In this document: piece by piece, positions 9,397 to 19,616 of the stretch | How the letters are laid out: every line of letters begins with the position of its first letter | How positions within the stretch are numbered: position 1 is the first letter of the stretch | Sequence record: DRR723986_7741 | Length of the DNA stretch: 52,551 nucleotides | Strand: one strand, 5' to 3' | Position numbers and translations under genes: made by a program | Notes under the pieces: model-generated | Told to the model about the DNA's origin: nothing | The model's input: only the letters and a program-made list of their open reading frames with translations | Databases searched by the model: none

Positions 9397-10700
9397 CTAA
9401 CACAACAACCCAAAAACAACAGCAGAAACGAAAATTTCTTCTAATGCTACCCCTGCTCACAGTACCCTTTTTGACTTTTACATTCTGGGCTCTCGGCGGT
9501 GGAAACGGGATAGCAACTGATCCTATGCAAAGCCAGCAAAGTGGAATCAACATGGAGCTGCCAGGTATTGCAGATAATAAAACCCAAGTACTTGACAAGC
9601 TAGGGCATTATAAAAAGTCCCAAACAGACTCTGCTAGATTTCTACAGGCAGTAAAGAATGACCCGTACTATCGCATGGCTTATAAACCGGAAAAAAGCAC
9701 CGGTATTGAAGATCAACTAACTGATTCCCAATCCTTGGAAAATGGCAGGTTGGGAAGTGTTCCTATGGCTGAATTTCAGGACCCGAATGAACGGTTGATT
9801 ATGGAAAAACTGGAAGCACTTAATCAAACGCTTATGGAAAAGCCGATTGCTAAAGTCCTCGATAAAAAAGTTGAGACAAACCAACTCACTCAAACTGCCG
9901 GTGATCCAACACTAAGCGCAGACTTAGATCGGCTAGATCACATGATGCAGCAGATGCAGGCAGGAAATGCAAGCACAGATCCTGAAATGCAGCAAATGAG
10001 CCAGTTACTCGAACAGATTCTGGACATACAGCATCCTGAACGTGTACAAGCCAGAATACGCTCCAACCAGATCCAGCAGCAAAACCAGGTATTTAGTGTA
10101 AACCCAATTTCTAATACTCAACATATTTCCAGTTTAGACCCTACTGAGGCAGCTACTGTAGGAGAAATAGAAACGGCAGGGAGAAATGGCTTCTTTGGCT
10201 TAGAAAGTCCAGACGATATAAACGAGCAGTCAAACTCCATTAAAGCTGTAATCCATGAAACACAAACACTGACATCAGGAGCTACAGTGAAACTTCGGTT
10301 GACTGAGGCAGCAAGTATCAATGGATTAACTATTCCCAAAGATCAGCTGGTATATGGCACCGCTTCACTCAACGGAGAACGTCTAAAAATTGAAATCCAG
10401 CACATTCGGGTACATGACCAGATTCTACCCGTGGCTTTGACAGTTCATGATGCAGATGGAATGGAAGGAATTTACATCCCAGGATCACTATCAAGAGAAG
10501 TGACTGCACAAGCTAGTGATCGGGCAATTCAGGGATTTGGGATCAGCACATTCGATACCTCACTGGAAGCTCAGGCTGCAAGTGCGGGAATCGAAACGGC
10601 AAAAACCTTCTTAAGCAAAAAGACCAAACTGATTCAGTTTACGCTCAAAGCAGGTTATCAGATCTGGCTCAGTGATGAAAAAACCAACGCTAACTTCTAA
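9393..10700 (+). CDS. traM: Conjugative transposon TraM (VirB10-like)
   Basis: N-terminal TM; IKAVIHETQTL..GATVKLRL and DADGMEGIYIPG. Confidence 0.92.
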   Translation: MTNTTTQKQQQKRKFLLMLPLLTVPFLTFTFWALGGGNGIATDPMQSQQSGINMELPGIADNKTQVLDKLGHYKKSQTDSARFLQAVKNDPYYRMAYKPEKSTGIEDQLTDSQSLENGRLGSVPMAEFQDPNERLIMEKLEALNQTLMEKPIAKVLDKKVETNQLTQTAGDPTLSADLDRLDHMMQQMQAGNASTDPEMQQMSQLLEQILDIQHPERVQARIRSNQIQQQNQVFSVNPISNTQHISSLDPTEAATVGEIETAGRNGFFGLESPDDINEQSNSIKAVIHETQTLTSGATVKLRLTEAASINGLTIPKDQLVYGTASLNGERLKIEIQHIRVHDQILPVALTVHDADGMEGIYIPGSLSREVTAQASDRAIQGFGISTFDTSLEAQAASAGIETAKTFLSKKTKLIQFTLKAGYQIWLSDEKTNANF

Positions 10701-10710
10701 ATCCAATACA

Positions 10711-11568
10711 ATGAAAAGCGATCAACTCACAAAATGGACAGTCACACTAGTGCTTGTGGGAATAACTTCTCTGGTTGGCAATAGAGTAAAAGCCCAATCA
10801 AATTCATCCTTTACTACGCAAGCAATCCCTTCTGTTTCCTTACAGATCAGCGAGCAGCTCACTACCAACCTGATTTTCCCGCAGGCCATCAAAAGTGTGG
10901 ACCGAGGTAATCGAGAAATCATGGTTCAACGTGCAAATTCTGTTGAAAACATCCTTCAGGTGAAAGCTGAAACAAGCGAAATGAACAATAGCAACCTAAC
11001 TGTGATCACATCGGACGGTAAGTTTTACTCATTTAAAGTAAGTTATTCAGCGAATCCCCAACAGCTCAATTTGACTGTAATTCCAGGTTCCAAAAAACCT
11101 GCCGCTGAGTTCCCAAAGGGAACATCCAATGAAGTGGCCGTTTTAGAAACAGCTCAAAAAGTAGCTTTAAAAAACAGGCAAATTAAGCCGATCAGACAAC
11201 GTAAATACATGACCGGGCTAAGTCTGACCGGTATCTACATCGAAGAAGACCTACTCTATTTTCAGATCAGGCTAGAGAACCAAACCAATATTACCTACGA
11301 TGTGGAACAGTTCCGCTTTTTTATCCGGGACAACAGAAAAGACAAACGAACAGCAGTACAGGAACTGGAGCAAATCCCCATTCAGATTCTTGGCAATACA
11401 GCACAAATTCCTGCCCAATCAACCCAGACTATAGTAGTCGCACTTCCCAAGTTTACCATTCCAGACCAAAAGCATTTAGGAATTGAATTAATGGAACAAC
11501 AAGGCGGAAGACATTTGAAAATAAAAGTCAAAAACAACCACATTATCCAGGCAGCTGTGGTAGAGTAA
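10711..11568 (+). CDS. traN: Conjugative transposon TraN (DUF4138, VirB9-like)
   Basis: TTNLIFPQAIKSVDRG, NLTVITSDG, PKFTIPD..E..GGRH; start moved to ATG 10711. Confidence 0.9.
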   Translation: MKSDQLTKWTVTLVLVGITSLVGNRVKAQSNSSFTTQAIPSVSLQISEQLTTNLIFPQAIKSVDRGNREIMVQRANSVENILQVKAETSEMNNSNLTVITSDGKFYSFKVSYSANPQQLNLTVIPGSKKPAAEFPKGTSNEVAVLETAQKVALKNRQIKPIRQRKYMTGLSLTGIYIEEDLLYFQIRLENQTNITYDVEQFRFFIRDNRKDKRTAVQELEQIPIQILGNTAQIPAQSTQTIVVALPKFTIPDQKHLGIELMEQQGGRHLKIKVKNNHIIQAAVVE

Positions 11569-11633
11569 GATTCCTTACCTACAGAAAAACCAATCAATAA
11601 ATCTTTATCAGTTAACCACAAACAACATAGATC

Positions 11634-12413
11634 ATGAACGAGCAAAATTTCGATTACCTCAAAAACCAGGTTAAGTACACCGGATTCGGCGAAGCTTTGG
11701 AGCCTCAATTAAAAGAAAAGATCAGCAAGGGAGAATCCAATTTCACGCTAAATCATCAAGCAAATTTTGGAGGGGATACCGTCAATTCAAACCTGCATTT
11801 TCGAAAGTCAGAAATGACTGATATGTATTTCTTTAACAAGTACGATCTGAGTCTGACCAAATCCGGACAGGATGAACCGGCGATCAATCAGACCTTTTAC
11901 ATCGGCAAGGACAACAACATCACATTGAAGGAAGGATACAATCTGTTGGACGGACGTGCAGTAAACAAAGATCTGGTAAACAAGGAACAGGAAAAGTATA
12001 ATGCCTGGGTCCAACTGGACTTTAAGGAAACGGATAATCAAGGAAACTTTAAACTAAAGCAGTTCCATGAGAATTACGGCTTTGATCTGCAAAAGGCATT
12101 GGAAAAGCACCCGATAAAAGAACTTGGTAATCCTGAAGACCAAAGCAAGCTGATGGATTCCTTAAAAAAGGGAAACCGACAATCGGTGACTTTTACTGGC
12201 AGTGAGGGCGAACAAAAGCGCTTTGTAGAAGCAAACCCGCAGTTCAAAAATGTGAATACCTACGATTCCAATCAGGTACGAACCTCAGAAACTCAGCGGG
12301 AAGGCAAAAGTGAATCACAGAGCAAATCCCAAAATCAGGAAGTCAAGGAAGAATCGGATGAGAGTCCCGCGAAGAAGACGCGAAAAAGGAAAAGTGCAGG
12401 AGTAGCAGGTTGA
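11634..12413 (+). CDS. ICE-associated hypothetical protein with charged C-terminal tail
   Basis: Clean 259 aa ORF after traN; no signal peptide. Confidence 0.75.
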   Translation: MNEQNFDYLKNQVKYTGFGEALEPQLKEKISKGESNFTLNHQANFGGDTVNSNLHFRKSEMTDMYFFNKYDLSLTKSGQDEPAINQTFYIGKDNNITLKEGYNLLDGRAVNKDLVNKEQEKYNAWVQLDFKETDNQGNFKLKQFHENYGFDLQKALEKHPIKELGNPEDQSKLMDSLKKGNRQSVTFTGSEGEQKRFVEANPQFKNVNTYDSNQVRTSETQREGKSESQSKSQNQEVKEESDESPAKKTRKRKSAGVAG

Positions 12414-12521
12414 TTCACCCAAAATGGAGCAGATGAAATCGAGCATGACAGAGAACGCAATACATTAGAAGTATTACTTAGCATGCGAGATTCCATCTGA
12501 CCAGTTAAAAAACAAATTAAG

Positions 12522-12806
12522 ATGAAAAAAGCATTGGAGGAATTTATGGCAGGGATTGAGAAAGATCCCAGAATATGCCTTTCCCATATCGGGGTTTTCT
12601 CCGTGCTGCTTCATGTACGGGAAGAATATGGAGGAGTTGAACCCTTCCCTATTCAAAGGAAAAAGCTAATGAAAGCGGCTAAGATATCCAGTACAGCGAC
12701 TTACTTCAAAATCATCCGGCAACTCGATGAGTATGGTTATATAAGCTACCTGCCTACGTTCAACAGAATGAGCCAAAGTAAGGTAGCTTTAGCCAAAGAA
12801 ACCTAA
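12522..12806 (+). CDS. Small winged-helix DNA-binding protein
   Basis: PF.I.R.KLM....S..TY.K.I..L...G...Y.P pattern shared with 13118-13411. Confidence 0.65.
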   Translation: MKKALEEFMAGIEKDPRICLSHIGVFSVLLHVREEYGGVEPFPIQRKKLMKAAKISSTATYFKIIRQLDEYGYISYLPTFNRMSQSKVALAKET

Positions 12807-12847
12807 AAAACCGAAGCCTTAGTCAATAAAATTTCAATTCTCAGCTT

Positions 12848-13111
12848 ATGGACACCATCACTAAAAAAGATTTGGACACCCTACGATTTCAATTGTTTGA
12901 GGATCTCAAAAAACTCCTGGAAAAGCCAGATGAATCGAAACCAGATGAAAAGGAATGGCTCAGGAGCCGGGATGTAAAAAAGTTGCTCAGTATTTCCGAC
13001 GCAGCTTTACAGAATTTAAGAATTAGAGGACTAGTGCATCCTGTAAAAATCTCAGGCCTCTACTACTACAAATCCGAAGAGTTGAAATCTTTATTCAAAC
13101 AAAAGAAGTAA
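12848..13111 (+). CDS. HTH_17/excisionase-like DNA-binding protein
   Basis: EWLRSRDVKKLLSISDAALQNLRIRG...KISGLYYY. Confidence 0.85.
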   Translation: MDTITKKDLDTLRFQLFEDLKKLLEKPDESKPDEKEWLRSRDVKKLLSISDAALQNLRIRGLVHPVKISGLYYYKSEELKSLFKQKK

Positions 13112-13117
13112 CCAGTT

Positions 13118-13411
13118 ATGAAAGTTCTCCAAATGGAATATTACGTGGATAGAATCGTAAAAGAAAGGGATATCAAACCAACGCGGGTATCCGTTTTTTT
13201 AGCCATGCTACAACTCTGGAAAGAGCAGAAACGCTGCAATCCTTTTCAGATCTCCAGACGCAAAATCATGAAACTATCTGGAGTAAAAAGTATTGTTACC
13301 TATCATAAATGTATCTCCGAATTAAAAGATCGAGGGTTGGTAGAATATAATCCTTCCTATCATCCAAGATTGGGGAGTGGAGTGAGATTGAAGTGCTTAA
13401 AGGAAAACTAA
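13118..13411 (+). CDS. Small winged-helix DNA-binding protein (paralogue of 12522-12806)
   Basis: NPFQISRRKIMKLSGVKSIVTYHKCISELKDRGLVEYNPSYHP. Confidence 0.7.
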   Translation: MKVLQMEYYVDRIVKERDIKPTRVSVFLAMLQLWKEQKRCNPFQISRRKIMKLSGVKSIVTYHKCISELKDRGLVEYNPSYHPRLGSGVRLKCLKEN

Positions 13412-13808
13412 AACAACATTCTCCAAAACTCCAAGAGACAATAACCTTCCATTCGAAACTATATTTTATAAAAAAAATTAATCCATCTCCGTAGGAACAA
13501 AGTTTAGGTTGAGCGGATTACTTACTAGATAAAAAATCTAATATTCATTAATAATTAAGACACTGGTTTTACTGGAAATTCTTTCAACAGCTTATTAATT
13601 TCCATGGGTACAGTTTCAAATTTATTTAACAAATTGAAATTTCACCTTTTCGCTGGAATCAAATTATTCAGTATAAACTTCAGAGAAATAGAGGCAAATT
13701 GAATGATGACAAAAGGATTATTTGATCGCAAATTTGAATCTATATTAGAGTAACATGTTATTTGGGTAAACAAACTTCTATCCTTTTATTAGGGAATATA
13801 TCCATCCA

Positions 13809-14870
13809 CTATTTTTTTGAATTATGAATTTTCCAACCAGAAACCAGCAAAACTAAAGGGATAAATCCTGATATAAACACTAAAAAACGACCAACTATCC
13901 CTCCGATTTCACCAATATGGATGGGGTAGAATTGACCGGCCATTTGTAAGCTTAAGGGATCATTAGGAAAATCTGATAGTGTAAGGACGCTTCCATCTTG
14001 ATGCAACTCCATTTCCTTGGTTTTTCTTAGTCCTGTTTGAATTTCCCGACGCTCTATCAATCTTATTTTATATTTCCCATTTCCATCCACAAGAAAATAT
14101 ATGGCTCGAATGAAGTAAGTTTCATCATAATGAGTTAAGTATTCACCAATTGAATGATAAGTCGGTAGGCTATGATCTACGTAAATTTGATTCACTTTTT
14201 TAGGCAGATCAAAAACCTGCATGACTTCTTTGTAAGAAGAATTGAAGGTAAAATATGCACCTGAGAAAGCCATAAAACCTAATGGAAGGAAGAAGAAAAT
14301 TCCCAGGACTTTATGCAAATCATAATTAAAAAGTCTTTTTGGCGAATTCCATTTCAGCTTAAATCCACTTGACACCTTTTTTCCATAGATATCCCACCAA
14401 ATTTTCAATCCAGACATTAAAAGGAGGAACACAAAAATCAAGGCGCTGGTACCGATGATATATTTACCATAATCGGCTATTCCCAAGGTCCTGTGGTAAA
14501 TCAATAATTTTTCGAAAAATTTAATTGAATTCGATTTTTCACCAAGATACGTACCCGAATAAGGATGAAAATACTCCGTTTTTCCATCTTTAAAATCAAT
14601 TGAAATAGTTTGCTGCTCTCTATAAGGCAAATGGATTTGACTGATTTCCCCTCCCCTTTCTTCAATCAGGGACTTCACCGTATTCAACAGCCAACTCTCA
14701 TCAAATTCCTCCTTTTGCTGGATTTCCAATAAATCAGAATTTAAAAATGCGGAAATTTCAGGCTGCCATACATACATGGAACCTGTTAAACCCGAGAATG
14801 ATGCAATCAATCCGCAAGTTATTCCTAACCAGAGATGGAGTTTTCTATTGAATTTCTGGAAGCGTGTCAA
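13809..14870 (-). CDS. PepSY-associated TM helix protein (iron-uptake associated)
   Basis: KLHLWLG, YHRTL, DLHKVLG and PIHIG histidine-TM motifs; downstream of TonB receptor. Confidence 0.88.
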   Translation of the reverse strand: MTRFQKFNRKLHLWLGITCGLIASFSGLTGSMYVWQPEISAFLNSDLLEIQQKEEFDESWLLNTVKSLIEERGGEISQIHLPYREQQTISIDFKDGKTEYFHPYSGTYLGEKSNSIKFFEKLLIYHRTLGIADYGKYIIGTSALIFVFLLLMSGLKIWWDIYGKKVSSGFKLKWNSPKRLFNYDLHKVLGIFFFLPLGFMAFSGAYFTFNSSYKEVMQVFDLPKKVNQIYVDHSLPTYHSIGEYLTHYDETYFIRAIYFLVDGNGKYKIRLIERREIQTGLRKTKEMELHQDGSVLTLSDFPNDPLSLQMAGQFYPIHIGEIGGIVGRFLVFISGFIPLVLLVSGWKIHNSKK

Positions 14871-14883
14871 TCTGATTTCTTAA

Positions 14884-14916
14884 TAACAAAACCCAAAGCT
14901 TAATAGGCTCTGGGTT
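14884..14916 (-). terminator. Stem-loop between receptor and PepSY gene
   Basis: Minus strand AACCCAGAGC-loop-GCTTTGGGTT followed by TTGTT. Confidence 0.5.
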
Positions 14917-14951
14917 GAATTAAAACATACTTGTTGTTTATCAATTTCTGT

Positions 14952-17333
14952 TTAGAAATTGTATTGAAGGCTTAACTTCGCATTGATTCCTTCCCCTGTT
15001 CCAGAAAAAGTCTTTAAAGGAGCTGCCCATTGTGATCTGGCTGGCAAATAAAACTCCTTCAACAAATTATTGATAGCCAAAGAAAGGCCTAGATTTTCTA
15101 GCATTTGATAGTTAGCAGACCAATTTACAAGAGTATATCCTTCTACTGGAAACTGGGTATGTCTATAGGTATAATTTCCGGCTCCATCCAGATATGGATC
15201 AAATCGATCTCTATCTCCCAAAGAGGTCATCCGAAGTGAGGTACTGATTTTATCACTTGGGTTGTAGGTAACATAGGCTGTCAATTTGGGAGCATTAATG
15301 ACATCACCGCCAAGGTAGGTTAAGGTGCTTCCACTGCCAGTACTTTTGTTGACCCCTTCTACATAAGAATAGCTCACTCCCAGTAGTAGTTTACTGTCAA
15401 AAGCTCTATAGTCCAATGCAACTTCAGCCCCATAGATATTCTGTGGCTGTTTTGAGGGAACAAAGGAATTAATGGATTCGTCAAATACCACCCCGGTACC
15501 CAAATTTGACGTACTATAATATCCCACTGCCTCCAGTTTGAAATTATTGAACATGGAAGTAAACCCAAATTCAAAATTCTCAGTCACGGCCGGCTCGAGC
15601 TGAATATCGTTGATATTAGATGCCGTAGCAGATCTCAAAACAGAGCCTAAATCAGAGATAGAGAAACCCTGAGAATAACTAACATATGGAATAAATTCCT
15701 GATGCTTAATAAATCTAAGCCCTGCGTTAAATGATAGGTTATTAAACCCAATGACACCTCCTTCGACTGCTACTGAAGGAGTAAAATTACCGTCGCTAAG
15801 GGCAGAATATGGAAGGGTATTATAATCATCAATATTCAATCGCATATCATCATACCTCATCCCAACTTTAAGCACCCAATTTTGGTCAAACTTGACGGTA
15901 GATTGCAAATACGGAGCCCAACTGAACATATCAATATTGGGAACCCATAATCTACCATCGAGAAGTCCTTGGTTCGTTTTGTCATTCAATAAATCCAGAC
16001 CATAAATCAAAGTAATGTTTGTGGAGCCTTTGGTTGGGATATTGGAGGTGAAATTTGGTCTGATACCGAATTTTTCTGCATTGATCACAGATTGCCCTCC
16101 ATTCTCGAATTTGTCTGAATAAAAGAACACATTTTTGGTGTTCTGATAATATAGATCGGTGGCAAAATCGGTGGAACCTCTAAAAATCGAGTAATAGTTA
16201 TACGTTAACTGTCCATTGATCAATTTTGAGCCAGTTGGATCCTCTCCTTCAATGGATCCCTCGACTCCGTATCCTGGAGTTAAGGTATAATCACCATTCT
16301 CCTGCACCTCAAAACTCGCTGGAACAGGTATAAAAGGAGTGTCCTGACGTGAATTATAAATATTCCCTCCCAAAGTAATTGACTGTTTATCTGATAGCTG
16401 ATAGTCAATTTTCGCTAATCCGGTTACGATTTGGGTATTATCCAATCCATAAGTTGGCAGGATCACATCACCATTTGCATCGTATTTATTTCCAGTTTGT
16501 TCAAAACTACCACTTACTAAATAGCTGAATTTATCCAATTTCCCTTTTAGGGATTGGTAAACCCCATATCCCAATGCATCCTTGGTTTTAGCTAAATTGG
16601 ACGTGCCCCACAGACTTGTGGTGCCTTCGATTTTTCTTGAAGCATTCGGTCTTTTGGTAATGTAGTTGATAAACCCTCCGTTTCCTCCGTTACCAAAAAT
16701 TGAAGTAGCTCCTTTGATCACTTCTACTCTGCTAATATCCAAAGGACTGACAGATTTGATTCCGAGTTGCCCATTTCTCAAAGGTGAAGATTGGGGAATC
16801 CCGTCGACCATTACCAATAGGGAACGACCTCTCAATGTTTGCCCCCAGTTGGAAAAAGTACCTGTGGAAACACCCAAACCTGGAACCGTAAATTCCAGAA
16901 TTTCACTGATATTACTTGTAGATTGACTCAGGTCTTCCAACTGTTTTTCATTCACAACAGTAACGGAAGCGGGGATTTCCGAAAGAAATTCTGAATGCCT
17001 GCTCGCAGACACGACTATTTCATTTAGGTTGGCTAGATCTTCCATAAGAACCTGAAACCACTCTAACTTTCCTTCACCATCAACTGAAATTTCCACTACT
17101 TCTGTCAAATAACCGATCATACTGAATGAAACCTTGTACGTTCCTTTGTCCAATCCTGCTATTTCAAATTTACCAGTATGGTCCGAGACTGCTCCTTTTT
17201 GCAAAGATTGGACATAGACACTAACCCCAATAAGTGGCTGATCCTTTTGATCGGTTATTTTTCCAGTTAAGACAGATTGGGAGAATGCGCTAATTGAGAA
17301 TAATATCGCAACTATTGTTAAACAGTGTTTCAT
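14952..17333 (-). CDS. TonB-dependent siderophore receptor
   Basis: Signal peptide, CarboxypepD_reg-like N-domain, plug (LRGR..LVMVDGIP, RVEVIKGATSIFG), C-terminal YNF. Confidence 0.92.
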   Translation of the reverse strand: MKHCLTIVAILFSISAFSQSVLTGKITDQKDQPLIGVSVYVQSLQKGAVSDHTGKFEIAGLDKGTYKVSFSMIGYLTEVVEISVDGEGKLEWFQVLMEDLANLNEIVVSASRHSEFLSEIPASVTVVNEKQLEDLSQSTSNISEILEFTVPGLGVSTGTFSNWGQTLRGRSLLVMVDGIPQSSPLRNGQLGIKSVSPLDISRVEVIKGATSIFGNGGNGGFINYITKRPNASRKIEGTTSLWGTSNLAKTKDALGYGVYQSLKGKLDKFSYLVSGSFEQTGNKYDANGDVILPTYGLDNTQIVTGLAKIDYQLSDKQSITLGGNIYNSRQDTPFIPVPASFEVQENGDYTLTPGYGVEGSIEGEDPTGSKLINGQLTYNYYSIFRGSTDFATDLYYQNTKNVFFYSDKFENGGQSVINAEKFGIRPNFTSNIPTKGSTNITLIYGLDLLNDKTNQGLLDGRLWVPNIDMFSWAPYLQSTVKFDQNWVLKVGMRYDDMRLNIDDYNTLPYSALSDGNFTPSVAVEGGVIGFNNLSFNAGLRFIKHQEFIPYVSYSQGFSISDLGSVLRSATASNINDIQLEPAVTENFEFGFTSMFNNFKLEAVGYYSTSNLGTGVVFDESINSFVPSKQPQNIYGAEVALDYRAFDSKLLLGVSYSYVEGVNKSTGSGSTLTYLGGDVINAPKLTAYVTYNPSDKISTSLRMTSLGDRDRFDPYLDGAGNYTYRHTQFPVEGYTLVNWSANYQMLENLGLSLAINNLLKEFYLPARSQWAAPLKTFSGTGEGINAKLSLQYNF

Positions 17334-17337
17334 TTTT

Positions 17338-17356
17338 ATTTAGACTTATTACAAAT
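17338..17356. promoter_or_regulatory. Putative iron-responsive repressor box
   Basis: Imperfect 19-bp palindrome ATTTAGACTTATTACAAAT adjacent to the receptor start codon. Confidence 0.45.
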
Positions 17357-17698
17357 AGTACACAAATCTATAGTCGAAAATTTAATAAACAAGATTCAAA
17401 TAAAACAAAGCTGATATCTAGGGCATAAAAACCTCTTTATCAATACGTTTAATTTTATTCTAATAAAAACGAAACCTTGAAACATTAACCATTATAATTG
17501 AATTCTTCTAAGGCAGACATTATAAAGAACAAAGTAAGCCACCTAAAAAGGGCAGCTTTGAGAAACTAAACTCTAACCAAAAGAGCTGAATAGTATAATA
17601 GACTACACTGCACCGAACAATGCCCATGAAGAATGAACAACCAGAAGCACGCCCGCCAATAGCCACCTGTTACCGAAACGAACTCTAAATAATAACTT

Positions 17699-17848
17699 AA
17701 ACATAGTGCCTAACCACAGGACGGTGTGATTGTGGCAAGGGCAGTGAAGAAAAAATACTTCCCGTAGGTGTGGAGATTTTTTTGAAACTGGCGTAGCGAA
17801 CCCTTGTAAACACTCACATCCGCATGCCTGTAACTTTGCTTTATGTTT
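17699..17848. promoter_or_regulatory. Orphan long hairpin with a Bacteroidetes -7 box (ssDNA-promoter-like)
   Basis: Arms AAACATA/TATGTTT, ACAGG/CCTGT, TGTGA/TCACA, CAAGGG/CCCTTG, AAAAAAT/ATTTTTT; TAACTTTG at 17831-17838. Confidence 0.5.
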
Positions 17849-17963
17849 GAGAGATTATTGAAAATTTAAAGCAGTTAGTTACAGTTTCGCCACCATTCAA
17901 ATAATTGAAACACAATTCGATTCTTGAATGGCATTTATAAAGAACGTATCGAAGGATATTGAT

Positions 17964-19616
17964 TTAGCTCGCACAGCAACTCAATTTCGTTACGTCTTTT
18001 CCGAAAGTTATCGCTGCTAATTTAATTCCTTCTCCCAAAGTCAGGTAAGGATAGAAGCTATCCGCCAGGTCTTGCACTGTTATGCCGTACTTGATAGCCA
18101 TACTTAATTGCTGAATCAATTCTCCGCCTTCGGGTGCAACTACTCTTGCTCCAATCATTTTATCGGTTTCGGTATTGCGAATCAGTTTAATAAATCCCCT
18201 GGTGTCGTTTGCTGCAATGGCTCTCGGCACGTCTTTAAGCTCTAATTTTGAAACTTCAAACGGAATGCCTTTGGCTTCTGCTTGTACTTCATCTACGCCT
18301 GCGCCTGCAATTTGAGGGTTAGTAAATACCACCCAAGGTAATGAAGAATAATCTGCCTTATTGTCCGTTCCTGAGAAAGCATTTTGAACGGCAATTTTAC
18401 CTTCAAATGCAGCTGTGTAGACAAAGGCAGGGGTGTTAGTTACGTCACCTGCTGCGTAAATGTTGGATAGATTGGTTTCCATTTTTTCATTCACCGCAAT
18501 GTGACCACTTTGAGTGAGTTTCAATCCAATGTTTTCTAATCCCAATTGGCTTGTATTGGCTTTCGCTCCTGTGGCAATGACTACTTTTCCTTTCTCTAGG
18601 ATTTTATTAATTGAACCATCTGGACACTTGCAATGGATTATAGTATCTGTTCCGTTTTTTTCAAATTTTACAGCTCTGAAATTTGGTAAGATTTCAATGC
18701 CTTCTTTTCGCATTTGTGTTTCCAATGCTTCGCTGATGTCGGGTGTTTGTGTTCGCAATACACGATCTGTAAATTCAATGATGCGGACTTTCACACCCAG
18801 GCGGTTGTAAGCCATGGCGATTTCCAAACCTATGTATCCGGCTCCCATAATAGTCAGGCTCTCCGGTTTGTCTTCTAAATCAAAAAGCGAAACATTGGTC
18901 AGGTAGTCAATTTTGTCCAATCCTTCAATATTGGGAATGTTAGTAGAAGCTCCGGTTGCAATTAAAAATTTGATGGCTTTGTACTCCTTTCCATCCACTT
19001 CAATAGTTTTATTGTCTTTGAACTTTGCCCAACCTTTTAGTAAGGTTAGGTTCTGAAAGTCGCTCACTACGTCCATATATTTTTTCTCTTGAAGTGTGGC
19101 TACCAATTTTTTCTTGTCTTTGATGATTTGAGCGAAATCAATGTCAACGCCTTTTGGTTTGATACCATCAAAATTGGAATGGGTAGCGTGATAAGCCGTC
19201 TCGGCTGCACGAATTAGATTTTTGGAAGGTACACAACCAACGTTCACGCAAGTACCGCCAAAGTCTAATCCGCCATTTACCATAAGGGTAGTTAAACCCA
19301 AACTCTCTGCCTTTATGGCTGCCGAGAATGCAGCCGAACCACCACCGATAATGATTAAATCAAATTGATTATTTGCACTATTCCCATTTTCAGGGAGTTC
19401 ACCTTTTACCCTATATTTTTTTGTTCCGTTGATGGTGCTAATGATCTCTTCTTTGCTGGTTTTAGCAGGGTCAAAAGAACATTCACATGTGGCTTTCGGA
19501 TAGCTAACATTGGCTTCTTTTACCCCTTCGTTTTTCGAAAGAAGTTTTTCAATGCCAGAGGCACAATGGTCACAGGTCATACCTGTGATGTGGAGTTTTA
19601 TAGTTTCTTGTTTCAT
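17964..19616 (-). CDS. merA: Mercuric reductase MerA
   Basis: NmerA GMTCDHC, GGGSAA FAD site, CVNVGCVPSK redox pair, YPYLT, C-terminal LSCCAS. Confidence 0.96.
   Translation of the reverse strand: MKQETIKLHITGMTCDHCASGIEKLLSKNEGVKEANVSYPKATCECSFDPAKTSKEEIISTINGTKKYRVKGELPENGNSANNQFDLIIIGGGSAAFSAAIKAESLGLTTLMVNGGLDFGGTCVNVGCVPSKNLIRAAETAYHATHSNFDGIKPKGVDIDFAQIIKDKKKLVATLQEKKYMDVVSDFQNLTLLKGWAKFKDNKTIEVDGKEYKAIKFLIATGASTNIPNIEGLDKIDYLTNVSLFDLEDKPESLTIMGAGYIGLEIAMAYNRLGVKVRIIEFTDRVLRTQTPDISEALETQMRKEGIEILPNFRAVKFEKNGTDTIIHCKCPDGSINKILEKGKVVIATGAKANTSQLGLENIGLKLTQSGHIAVNEKMETNLSNIYAAGDVTNTPAFVYTAAFEGKIAVQNAFSGTDNKADYSSLPWVVFTNPQIAGAGVDEVQAEAKGIPFEVSKLELKDVPRAIAANDTRGFIKLIRNTETDKMIGARVVAPEGGELIQQLSMAIKYGITVQDLADSFYPYLTLGEGIKLAAITFGKDVTKLSCCAS

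Noticed and set aside
17600-17690. Integron attC-like sites flanking mer (also 21095-21215)
   Set aside because: Only vague AAC/GTT boxes and GC-rich tracts; no convincing fold and no integron integrase
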